A DNA stretch of 64,000 nucleotides from Candidatus Marinacidobacterales bacterium (GTDB lineage Bacteria > Acidobacteriota > Vicinamibacteria > Marinacidobacterales > DATDRI01): assembly GCA_965226495.1 (NCBI GenBank), contig OZ245365.1, forward strand, positions 2,752,001-2,816,000, in the 5' to 3' direction. The notes under the pieces were generated by a model. That model did not search any database and had not been told where the DNA came from. It saw only the letters and a program-made list of their open reading frames with translations. A program made the translations under genes and the position numbers. Shown piece after piece: positions 10,250 to 19,219 of this stretch. Positions within the stretch are counted from its first letter, which is position 1; every line of letters begins with the position of its first letter.

Positions 10250-10278
10250 ACGCTACACCCCCCACTTTTTCATGTCAA
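10250..10278 (-). promoter_or_regulatory. Sigma70-type promoter for the leader/his-aro operon
   Basis: TTGACA-17 nt-TAGCGT. Confidence 0.6.
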
Positions 10279-10303
10279 GTGACATCCGACCGAAGAGTTT
10301 TTT

Positions 10304-10319
10304 TGTGATTTTGATCACT
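10304..10319. promoter_or_regulatory. Crp/Fnr-like (or Rex-like) box
   Basis: TGTGA-TTTTGA-TCACT upstream of a cNMP-binding protein gene. Confidence 0.4.
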
Positions 10320-10398
10320 TCTTTTCTTGTATCGTCACCCATCGGATGCTATATAAAAAAGGTTCTCGATTTTATCGTGGACCGAATCGAGGCGCGCC

Positions 10399-10926
10399 GT
10401 GAATATAAAACGGATCTTGAGATCCGTCGTTTTCTTCGAATACGTCACCGAGCACCATGTCCAACAACTGGTGGACCTGGCGCGGTCGCAAACCGTGGAA
10501 ACCGGAGAGGTTGTCTTCTCCGAAGGTGAGGCAGAGAACCACCTCTACCTGATCGAGAGCGGCCGTATTCAGATCTCTCGGGAGGGGCCTCACTTCGGCC
10601 GCCAAGCCTTCGCGCTCCTCGGCCCGGGCGATCACTTCGGCGCGTTGTCGCTCTTTTACGCTGATCCCCACTTCGCGTCGGCCACCGCCGTCGAGACGAC
10701 GCGCCTTTGGATGATCCGCCACGACGACTTCCAGGCTTGCCTGCAGAAACAACCGAAACTAGCCTTCGCGGTTCTCAAGGGAATGGTGCTCGGCATCCGC
10801 ACCGCGAACGGCGAGATCCGAAAGCTGACGACACTTTTCGATCAACGATCTCGCTCGGAGATCGAGCTACCCGCAAAAAAAGATTCAACTCGCCCATCGC
10901 GGCCGCTCGCTCCACCGGCAACTTGA
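10399..10926 (+). CDS. Cyclic-nucleotide-binding domain protein (Crp/Fnr-like)
   Basis: GEVVFSEGE, LYLIESGRI, LGPGDHFGALSL, ASATA. Confidence 0.85.
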   Translation: MNIKRILRSVVFFEYVTEHHVQQLVDLARSQTVETGEVVFSEGEAENHLYLIESGRIQISREGPHFGRQAFALLGPGDHFGALSLFYADPHFASATAVETTRLWMIRHDDFQACLQKQPKLAFAVLKGMVLGIRTANGEIRKLTTLFDQRSRSEIELPAKKDSTRPSRPLAPPAT

Positions 10927-11009
10927 TCCGCCGGGACGGCCGGCTTCAGAGCCGGCATCAGAGTAATACAGACGCCGGAAGGCCTTGATTCGCCTCCGCT
11001 TAAAGGATC

Positions 11010-11034
11010 CCGTCAAAAGGGAGGCTTTTGACGG
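11010..11034. terminator. Intergenic hairpin, possible terminator
   Basis: CCGTCAAAAG-GGAGG-CTTTTGACGG; no clear T tail. Confidence 0.35.
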
Positions 11035-11127
11035 TACCCTCCCTTTGAACTATCATTGAGGTTGGTGATTCATTCACCCTCAAATTCTTCCGTGTTGCCG
11101 ACGCGGACTCTCGAGGTTCACTTAGGA

Positions 11128-13014
11128 ATGCCCATATCCGAAAGTCGGGCGGTAAAGAAGCTTCTGCCGGTCATTCTGTGGCTTTTCAGCGTTTCCGTCC
11201 TTCCCACGCTCGCCTCCGCCTCTCAAGGTGTCGAGATCATATCGGTCGATGCGGTCGAGCCCGGAATGGTGGGTGAAGGTCACACCGTCTTTTCCGCCGA
11301 GAAGATCGAAACGTTCAAAGTCACGATCATGGGCGTGCTACGAAACTATGGCCCCAACCAGAACATGATCTTGGCCAAGCTGGAAGGCGGTCCGCTCGCC
11401 GACACTGGCGTGATTGCCGGAATGAGCGGCAGCCCGGTCTACATCGACGGGAAATTACTCGGAGCGGTGGCCTACTCCTTCCCGTTCTCCAAAGAACCCA
11501 TCGCGGGAATCACCCCCATCGAAGAGATGATCGATGGAACCGCCACACCCATTTCACGACGTAAGGTGGCGAAGCTCGACTTTCCACTCACACCCGAGCG
11601 ACTGGAAGCCGTCGCCCCCCAACGGGTGCGGCCGGTAGCCATCCAGGGTGCGTCGCTCAGCGGAGCCGACCAACTCCGGCCCTATCTGGGAAAACTCCTT
11701 TCTCCCATTGCCACGCCCGCGTCACTCAACGGCTTTCTCCCGGAGACTTACGACATTGCCGCTCCGTTGCTGCGGGCGCTGGGGATGGAACCCCTGCTCG
11801 GTGGCGCGATGGTCCCAAGACTCCAGTCCGGCACCGAGATCGCGGAGATCACAACGCCTAACTCAGAGCTCACGTTGCGGCCGGGTGACGCGGTCGGAGT
11901 AGGACTCATTACGGGAGACATGGACTTGAGCGCCACTGGCACCGTGACCCATGTCGATCCCCTGACCGGAAGCGTCTACGCATTCGGCCATCCTCTTTTC
12001 AACCTCGGCCCCATCGAATACCCGATGACGAGAGCCAACGTGCATTTGGTCCTACCGAGCGTTTACAGCTCCTTCAAGTTATCGAGCTCCGGACCTACCG
12101 TGGGGACCTGGCTGCAGGATCGACACACGGCTATCAAGGGAAAACTGCGTAGCCGGCCAAAGATGATTCCCCTGTCCGTCCAGGTGAAGACCAGTCGAGA
12201 CCTGGAGAAATCCTACAATCTCGAGATCGTCAACGATGAGCTTTTCTCACCGGTGCTGGCATACGTGGCGCTGATGTCCATTCTCCAGTCCACCGAAAGA
12301 CAGTTCGGAACCGCGACCTTCAAGGTCTCGTCCTGGATCTCCTTGGCGGGCGAGCGACGCGTCCACATCGAGGACATCTTCGCGGACCAGCAACCGGCGC
12401 TGTCTGCATCCGCCATGGCGGCAGCCCCCCTATCTTTCCTCATGACCAACGACTTCGAGAAGGTCAAGGTGGAATCGATGAAAGTCTCGATCGAGGCCAC
12501 CGAGAGTCCACAAACCGCACGCTTGGTTCGGGCGTGGCTGGACACCGATCGCGTCGCCCCCGGCGGCACCGTCCCATTGAAGCTTCTACTGCGTTCCTAC
12601 CGCGGTGAGGATATTCTGAAGACGGTCAATGTGGACATTCCGGCCAACGTCGCGGAAGGTAAACTCAAGCTCCTGGTGGCCGATGCAACCACCATGTCGG
12701 CTTTGGAACGTCGCGAATCACACGATCGCTTCGAGCCGCGCAATCTAGATCAGCTCATTCGAGCACTCAACGCGCTGCGCAAAAACAACCGCCTGTACGT
12801 GAAGTTGACCAGCCCCGGTTACGGGGCCATCGTCGCGGGAGAGTATCTCTCTTCCCTTCCCCCCAGCGTGATGGACGTCCTGAAAGCAGATCGCTCAAGC
12901 GCAAGCTATATTCCTATCAATAGCGCGACCCTATGGGAGCACGAGCTGGTGACCGATTACAGCCTCAGCGGCGCGCGCGTTCTCGAGATCACGGTGGGCA
13001 ACTTCCTAAACTAG
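11128..13014 (+). CDS. SpoIVB/peptidase S55 domain protein
   Basis: GVIAGMSGSPVYIDGKLLGAVAY, AFGHP; signal peptide; start uncertain. Confidence 0.88.
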   Translation: MPISESRAVKKLLPVILWLFSVSVLPTLASASQGVEIISVDAVEPGMVGEGHTVFSAEKIETFKVTIMGVLRNYGPNQNMILAKLEGGPLADTGVIAGMSGSPVYIDGKLLGAVAYSFPFSKEPIAGITPIEEMIDGTATPISRRKVAKLDFPLTPERLEAVAPQRVRPVAIQGASLSGADQLRPYLGKLLSPIATPASLNGFLPETYDIAAPLLRALGMEPLLGGAMVPRLQSGTEIAEITTPNSELTLRPGDAVGVGLITGDMDLSATGTVTHVDPLTGSVYAFGHPLFNLGPIEYPMTRANVHLVLPSVYSSFKLSSSGPTVGTWLQDRHTAIKGKLRSRPKMIPLSVQVKTSRDLEKSYNLEIVNDELFSPVLAYVALMSILQSTERQFGTATFKVSSWISLAGERRVHIEDIFADQQPALSASAMAAAPLSFLMTNDFEKVKVESMKVSIEATESPQTARLVRAWLDTDRVAPGGTVPLKLLLRSYRGEDILKTVNVDIPANVAEGKLKLLVADATTMSALERRESHDRFEPRNLDQLIRALNALRKNNRLYVKLTSPGYGAIVAGEYLSSLPPSVMDVLKADRSSASYIPINSATLWEHELVTDYSLSGARVLEITVGNFLN

Positions 13015-13168
13015 TGCCGTTCCATCTATTTGGACCGAGAATTCCGTGCATTACTGTGGCTACGGCGGTGCCAGTATGCAACGCTATCGTTAGGACCAAC
13101 AAGTTGGAACGGCACTAGCGTCGTCCCGAGCTCGCACTCGAACCCCTCAGTCGAAAGGATAGAGATAG

Positions 13169-15412
13169 ATGCACCACCGGTACCGTTCCCCAGTTGTTGC
13201 TTTCTTGTCGGTATTCGCACTCGCGACTTGGGTAATGGCAGGTCTGCCGACTTTCTGGACGACGGAAGGCCAACCCGAGTTCCTGACTGGAGAGGTGGAC
13301 GGGTTATCGATCGCCAGCGACGGCGTTATGAGCCTTGCCCCAGCGACCCAAAACCTCTATGAATCAACCGACCCCTTCTTTTGGAGCTTGGTCTCCGATC
13401 GAGAGGGCAATCTCTACGCCGGCAGCGGCAACGACGGGAAAGTCTACAAGGTTGACCGCGAAGGAAAGGCCACGGTGCTGGTGGACACCAGCGAGCTGGA
13501 GGTCCATGGCTTGGCTGTGGACCGCCAAGGACAAGTGTACGCCGCCACGTCACCGCGCGGCCGCGTCTACAAGGTGAGCCCGGACGGTAAGCAGCAGGTT
13601 TTCTTCGATCCTGACGATCGCTACATTTGGGCGCTCGCTTTCGACCCGGTCGGCAACCTTCTGGTCGCTACCGGTGACAAAGGCAATCTCTATCGCGTCA
13701 GCCCCTCCGGTGACAGCGAGGTCTTGTTTGCCAGCCGGGAAACGCATCTCATCTGTTTGACTATCGATGCCGACGGAAATATTTACGCGGGGAGCGACTC
13801 CAATGGTCTGGTCTTCAAGATCGACTCCGGCGATCGCGTGTCTGTTCTTTTCGACACTCCGTTCCGAGAGGTGCGTGCACTCGTCACAGATACGGCGGGT
13901 AACGTCTTTGCTGCCACCATCAACGATGCCAAGGGACCGGTAACGCCGGCCCCCGACTCGCCGGCAAACCCAGCCCTGACGTCTTCTCAAATCGCACCCG
14001 CGGAGGGCATAACCGAGTCAGTTACGGTCACGGTGTCCGCGTCTCCGATGCCAACCATCACTCCGTCCGTCGGAGTCGCCGGGTTACGAGGGGCGGTTTA
14101 TCGCATCAGTCCCGAGGGCTCTGCCGAGAGACTTTGGGGCTCCGCTGAAGACCTCCCGCTTTCGATCAAGCTCGAGCGAGACGACCGCGTCATGGTCGGA
14201 ACAGGGAGAAAAGGTCGCATTTTTCTAGTGCGGCAAGACAAGACCAGCTCCTTGCTCCTGCGAGCCGAAGCCGATCAGGTGACGTCCATTTATTCCACCG
14301 ATGGGCGGAACGTTTTCTTTGCAACCTCGAACCCCGCGAAGATCTATCGATTCGGAACCCGTCGGCGCTCAGAAGGCGAGTATCGCTCGTCCATCAAAGA
14401 CACGGAGACCGTTTCTTCATGGGGAATGGTCCAGTGGGAAAGCCGGTCGCCCACCGGCACCGGGTTGGTCGTTCAAACGAGAACGGGCAACTCTTCGAAG
14501 CCAGACAACACGTGGAGCGACTGGTCCGGGCCTTACACCATCTCCGATGGCGAGCAGATAAAAAGCCCCAGGGGCCGCTTTCTTCAATGGCGGGCGATCA
14601 TGAAGACATCTGATAGTGGTGCAACGCCGGAGTTACTGAAGCTCACCGCGGTGTACCTGCAGCAGAACTTGAGTCCCGAGGTAGCGGACATCACCGTCCA
14701 TACGTCGGGCCTAACGTTCCAGAAGCCTCTGCTCACCAACGGCGACATCGAAATTCTGGGCCTCAACACCCCCCTCGATACGCAAGGGACGTCGGAGACG
14801 AGAGTCCCTGGTACCAACCCCTTTGGCGCTTCCAATCTTCCTCTGACCGCATATAGTCGGAACTTCTATCGAAAGGGATACCAGACCGTGGTCTGGACCG
14901 CCACCGATCCCAACAACGATACGATGAGATACGACGTTTCTTACCGTGCGGAAGGCGACAGCTTGTGGAAGCCCCTTCGCAAGAACCTACGCGAAGCGGT
15001 GATCGCATGGGACACAGTGGCCATGCCGGACGGACGATACGTGCTGAAGGTCGTCGCCAGCGACGCCCCCAGCAACCCGCAAACCTCTTCTCTCAGCGGA
15101 GAACGAGAGAGCAAGCCCTTCGACGTCGATAACACGCCCCCAACCGTTTCCGATCTGGTAGTGGCGCCTGCCGCAGGTGGACATCGCCTGACGTTCGTGA
15201 CTCTCGACGGTTCCAGCGCGGTGCGGAAAGTCGAGTATGCCGTGGACTCCGGCGAGTGGCAGATGATCTATCCAGTCGACGGCATCTCGGACTCCAAGCG
15301 GGAAGGGTTCGACGTTACCGTCATGGGTTATTCCGGGGGGGTACACACCCTGGTCCTCAAGGTGACCGACCTACTTGGGAACGTGGTAACCGCGCGAGCC
15401 GAGCTGAGGTGA
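13169..15412 (+). CDS. Secreted beta-propeller plus FN3-like domain protein
   Basis: Repeated D-x-x-GN(L/I)YAG blades; RTGNSSKPDNTWSDWS; WDTVAMPDGRY. Confidence 0.75.
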   Translation: MHHRYRSPVVAFLSVFALATWVMAGLPTFWTTEGQPEFLTGEVDGLSIASDGVMSLAPATQNLYESTDPFFWSLVSDREGNLYAGSGNDGKVYKVDREGKATVLVDTSELEVHGLAVDRQGQVYAATSPRGRVYKVSPDGKQQVFFDPDDRYIWALAFDPVGNLLVATGDKGNLYRVSPSGDSEVLFASRETHLICLTIDADGNIYAGSDSNGLVFKIDSGDRVSVLFDTPFREVRALVTDTAGNVFAATINDAKGPVTPAPDSPANPALTSSQIAPAEGITESVTVTVSASPMPTITPSVGVAGLRGAVYRISPEGSAERLWGSAEDLPLSIKLERDDRVMVGTGRKGRIFLVRQDKTSSLLLRAEADQVTSIYSTDGRNVFFATSNPAKIYRFGTRRRSEGEYRSSIKDTETVSSWGMVQWESRSPTGTGLVVQTRTGNSSKPDNTWSDWSGPYTISDGEQIKSPRGRFLQWRAIMKTSDSGATPELLKLTAVYLQQNLSPEVADITVHTSGLTFQKPLLTNGDIEILGLNTPLDTQGTSETRVPGTNPFGASNLPLTAYSRNFYRKGYQTVVWTATDPNNDTMRYDVSYRAEGDSLWKPLRKNLREAVIAWDTVAMPDGRYVLKVVASDAPSNPQTSSLSGERESKPFDVDNTPPTVSDLVVAPAAGGHRLTFVTLDGSSAVRKVEYAVDSGEWQMIYPVDGISDSKREGFDVTVMGYSGGVHTLVLKVTDLLGNVVTARAELR

Positions 15413-15547
15413 GCCCTCAGCTGTCCCGAAGCCGCCGCCGGCCGCAGCGAGCCTGTCGAGCGGAGGCCAAGCGACCGCACGCAGCCGTGAGCCCATGCGG
15501 AGTCGCCAGTCGACGGAGCATGAGGCGTGGGGGTGGGGCCCCGCGCC
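15410..15547 (+). repeat. Dispersed ~135-bp GC-rich modular repeat, copy A
   Basis: Shares CGCCGGCCGC.GCGAGCCTG.CGAGCGGAGGCCA, TGAGCCCA.GCGGAGTCGCC and the terminal hairpin with 61907-62037. Confidence 0.8.
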
Positions 15548-15672
15548 ATTTATTGCAGAGTGAGGCCGCGGCTGCTATATGCCGGCGAAGGGACCAAGCC
15601 GTGTCGGCCGCCAAAAGAGGTCGGTGCTACTGATCGGCTGCGGGAGGCGGCGGGGCCCCGCCGCACTAATGG

Positions 15673-16392
15673 CTAAATATTGCGCTTAGACCTTACTTCT
15701 TTGGTCGTGAAAAGATAGAGGAAGTGTACGGCGACCGCCTGGCCGCCCAAGCGCGCCGGTTCGAAACCGGAGGTCCGGACGACCTCCAACGTTCTTGCCA
15801 ACATTCTTTCATCGCCACTCCGGTGGATCACCTGCAAATCCCGCACGTCTCCGTTTTGATCAATCGACGCCAACGTGAGGAGAGTACCTTCCTTGCCCCG
15901 CTCCACTTCTGTGAACGGAAGCATATTCACCGAACGGTCGCGGAGTCGAGGAGATGTCATATGCGTGTGCAAGGACACCGCTGGTAGCGGACCGGGATCC
16001 CAACGGGACATCAAAGTGCTTTGCGCTGATCCTCTCGACAAATCGAAAAAAAGGACCAACGCTATCAAGCTCAATACGGCTCCCAAACTCACCGCCGGAA
16101 AGAGAATCGGCCGTCGACGACAGCTCAAGAGCCCGTCGCGGAGGATAGGGACCATCCCGCGCAGCTCTTCGTCGACCCTTCGGCGAATCACTCGGGCGAG
16201 AGACGCTGGAGCCTCGATGCGGGGAAAGTGTCGTACCGCGTTGGCGACGTTGGCCAAACGTCCATACTCGTCTCGGCATCGAGCGCATTCGCCCAAGTGC
16301 TGTTCGACAAGCTGGCTGTTTTCAGCGGAGATCTCACCGTCGTGGTAGGCCGAAAGCGTTTTGCGATTTGGGGTGTGAAACATTGGGAACAT
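15673..16392 (-). CDS. Anti-sigma factor: zf-HC2 domain, TM helix, TonB-C-like domain
   Basis: LSAYHDGE...HLGECARC; hydrophobic helix; IDQNGDV...SGDERM...FEPARLGGQAVAV. Confidence 0.78.
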   Translation of the reverse strand: MFPMFHTPNRKTLSAYHDGEISAENSQLVEQHLGECARCRDEYGRLANVANAVRHFPRIEAPASLARVIRRRVDEELRGMVPILRDGLLSCRRRPILFPAVSLGAVLSLIALVLFFDLSRGSAQSTLMSRWDPGPLPAVSLHTHMTSPRLRDRSVNMLPFTEVERGKEGTLLTLASIDQNGDVRDLQVIHRSGDERMLARTLEVVRTSGFEPARLGGQAVAVHFLYLFTTKEVRSKRNI

Positions 16393-16396
16393 GGGT

Positions 16397-17092
16397 TTAC
16401 TCTTTCGAGAGCTCTCGAACCTCAGGGTCCAACCTGCCGCGTAGGGTTGCGCGAGCCCGCGCCAAACGGGACTTCACCGTTCCGATAGCAAGATTCAAGG
16501 TTCGGGAGATCTCTTCGTAGGAGAGGCCCTCGATTTCTTTCAACAAAAGTACCGTCCTTTGCTCGAACGGCAAGGTGGCGATGGCCTCCTGCAAGATCCT
16601 CCCGAGCTCTTTCCGCTCGAGTGCGCGGTCCGGCAAGAGTGCGGCACTCACTCCCACCGACGTACTCAACTCCATAAAACCTTGCCGCTCAGCATCCTCT
16701 ACCGTCACCGCGGTCATTTCACCTTCTCTACGGCGCCACCATCGCTGTTGGTTCTTGGCGCGGTTCAAGACGATTCGGTAAATCCAGGTGCGGAGCGAGG
16801 CCTCGCGGCGGAATGTCACCAACTTCTTGTAGACCTGAAGGAAAACTTCCTGGGACAAGTCATGCGCTTCGTCGCGGCCGCCCAGCAGTCGCAAGGACAA
16901 GTTGAACACCAAATCCTGGAACCGCTCTACGATCTGGTCGAAAGCCGTCTCGTCGCCCGACAAGAAGCGCTCGATGAGCGCGGTCTCGTCCAAACTGAGA
17001 CTGGCCGCTTCCCGCTCGACCTTGAGCCCAAAGAGCTCTTCAACCCGAACCACGGACGTGGGGTTGTTACTCGTGCTTCCCCCAGTATGCAT
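16397..17092 (-). CDS. ECF RNA polymerase sigma factor
   Basis: DLSQEVFLQVY, TWIYRI, EGLSYEEI, GTVKSRLARAR; start uncertain. Confidence 0.92.
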   Translation of the reverse strand: MHTGGSTSNNPTSVVRVEELFGLKVEREAASLSLDETALIERFLSGDETAFDQIVERFQDLVFNLSLRLLGGRDEAHDLSQEVFLQVYKKLVTFRREASLRTWIYRIVLNRAKNQQRWWRRREGEMTAVTVEDAERQGFMELSTSVGVSAALLPDRALERKELGRILQEAIATLPFEQRTVLLLKEIEGLSYEEISRTLNLAIGTVKSRLARARATLRGRLDPEVRELSKE

Positions 17093-17290
17093 GTATGTCC
17101 GGCGCATTTGTCCCGAGGCCCTTTTCGCCCATCGTAGCACAAGCCTTCGCGGCTTGGCTCGGGACGGTAACAAGCGGCCCCTACGCTCTCCATTCGTTAG
17201 ACACCGCGAGTGGGCCTCAGGTTCCATTGTGCATTGACTTGCCGGGCCCGGTTTGCTAACCTACTGCTAGCGAGGTACTTAGAGCACTCG

Positions 17291-18688
17291 ATGAGGAATC
17301 TGGTCTTACCCATCGTGGTCTTGATGGCCACGGTCGGCTTTTTCGTAGCCGCCTTCCAGGTCTTCTCCCGCGACTATCAGTATGTCCAGCTCGTTAAGCT
17401 CGGGGACAGGCTGATGGATGAGGAGCTTCCGTATCAAGCGTCGCGCACGTACGGCTCGGCCATCGGTCTGCGCCCCGACAAGCCTCTAGCCTATGTGAAA
17501 CGGGCGGAGGCGCTGCAGAAGCAGGGCAACCTGGCTAGCGCGCTCGAGGATCTTTCCGAAGCCTCGGGGCGGGGCGCCGACCCATTGACCGTCTCTCTGC
17601 ACCAAGCGAACATTTATTATGACCGGGGCAACTTCGACGAGGCGGTCGCCTACTATTCCGAGGTCCTAGAGCTCGATCCGAGATCTCCTTCCGTCTTGTA
17701 CAAGCTCGGTCTGGCCAGTTTTCGCGCCGGCCGAGAAGACGCGGCCATCGACGTGCTGACCCATGCGATAGAAACACAAGACGGATTTGCCGAGGCGTAC
17801 TATTTGCGGGCAGCCGTTTTTCACGCGCTCGGACGCGATGCCGAGACGGAGACGGATCTCCTGAAGACGCTGACACTACGGCCCGACGCTGGCGCGGCGC
17901 GTCTGGCCATTATCGAGTTTTATTTGGACACCGGTAAGACGACTAGGGCCCTCCGCGTGGCGAGGGAAGAGATCGACCGGCAACCGCAGGCCCCCTCCTC
18001 TTACCTCCTCCTCGCGGAGGTCCACCGAAGGCGCGGTCGCCACGACCAAGCCATCGCGGCCGTCGGGCTAGCCCTCGAGCAGGATCCGAACCTCCCCGAT
18101 GCTTATTTGCGATTAGGGCAGTTGTGGTTAGAGGACGGGGTCTCGCGCAACGACAAGGTAGCGTTGGAGAAGGCGGTCGTAGCGCTCGAGTCCGTCTCGC
18201 AACTGGAGAATGAGAACGGCCCCGCTTCCTTGGCGTTGGGACAAGCCTATCTAGCCATCGGTGACGAGGACAGGGCCTTCGACGAGCTGCAGCGTGCGGC
18301 GGAAGCAACCCCTATCCAAGCGGAGGCGCACCGGGAGTTAGGGGATCTTTACCTCGGCCGCGAGAACTTTGCCGACGCGGCGACCGCGTATCACGTGTAC
18401 CTCAAGCTCGGCGAACAAAGCCCGAGGGTGCTGGAACGGCTGGGAGATGCCTATGCCGGCATGGACAACCAGTCCGCGGCGGCGGAGACCTACCTGCAGT
18501 TGGCAACCCATAGCCCGAACCGCATGGGACCTTTGGTCAAGGCGGCTCGCGCCTATTTGGCTGCGGGAGAACCCCGTCTGGCCGCTCGGGTTTGCGAGCA
18601 GGGACTGGCCACCGATGCACAAAACGAAACACTGCGCGATTTGTTGGCGAGAGCGAGCGACACGGTTCCTGCCGTCGCGAATCCGTAG
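17291..18688 (+). CDS. Membrane-anchored TPR protein
   Basis: N-terminal TM followed by many TPR-like repeats. Confidence 0.85.
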   Translation: MRNLVLPIVVLMATVGFFVAAFQVFSRDYQYVQLVKLGDRLMDEELPYQASRTYGSAIGLRPDKPLAYVKRAEALQKQGNLASALEDLSEASGRGADPLTVSLHQANIYYDRGNFDEAVAYYSEVLELDPRSPSVLYKLGLASFRAGREDAAIDVLTHAIETQDGFAEAYYLRAAVFHALGRDAETETDLLKTLTLRPDAGAARLAIIEFYLDTGKTTRALRVAREEIDRQPQAPSSYLLLAEVHRRRGRHDQAIAAVGLALEQDPNLPDAYLRLGQLWLEDGVSRNDKVALEKAVVALESVSQLENENGPASLALGQAYLAIGDEDRAFDELQRAAEATPIQAEAHRELGDLYLGRENFADAATAYHVYLKLGEQSPRVLERLGDAYAGMDNQSAAAETYLQLATHSPNRMGPLVKAARAYLAAGEPRLAARVCEQGLATDAQNETLRDLLARASDTVPAVANP

Positions 18689-18846
18689 TGTCCTGTATCA
18701 GTGGATCGTTGCCTAAAGCTCGAGGCCATTTTGTGTGCTGGCGAGGCGTGACGACGAAGTCATATCTGGATATTTCGAGGAGGCACAACGAAGCCAGCGC
18801 GCAAAAGGGACCGAGATTTAGGTATCGAATCACTGATACAGGACAC
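18688..18846. mobile_element. MITE (~159 bp) flanked by TA
   Basis: TAGTGTCCTGTATCAGTG (18686-18703) is the exact reverse complement of CACTGATACAGGACACTA (18831-18848); imperfect IR continues inward. Confidence 0.8.
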
Positions 18847-18890
18847 TAGCCCACGGCGGGAATCGAAGTGAACTCTGGAGAGACAAACTC

Positions 18891-19199
18891 ATGAACCGAT
18901 TACTTAGGACGACGCTTCTCGTTTTGCTGGGGTCGGCAGTCGTTTCCTTGATGATTCCCCAGCTTTTGGATAGCGGGCGCGCTCGAACGGCGACCGCACT
19001 GAAAATTGTCCGGGTTGCATGCACCGACAACGTTTGCGGTGGTTGCGACGGTCGGTGTCATGACCGCGAGGGTGTGCAATACGATCACCTAACGGTGCGC
19101 AAGAACGGACATTGTACCTGCACTCCGAAGAAGGGGGGCGAGTTGGATCGCGTCACGAGTGAGGCATACAACCGTTGGGTAGGCTCGAACACCCGCTGA
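18891..19199 (+). CDS. Small exported Cys-rich hypothetical protein
   Basis: GGAGAG before ATG, hydrophobic N-terminus, CTDNVCGGCDGRCH and HCTC. Confidence 0.65.
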   Translation: MNRLLRTTLLVLLGSAVVSLMIPQLLDSGRARTATALKIVRVACTDNVCGGCDGRCHDREGVQYDHLTVRKNGHCTCTPKKGGELDRVTSEAYNRWVGSNTR

Positions 19200-19219
19200 G
19201 ACGGCGAAGGATCTAACCC

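Noticed and set aside
10137-10529. 130-aa plus-strand ORF
   Set aside because: Spans promoter elements and overlaps the cNMP gene out of frame; no recognisable motif
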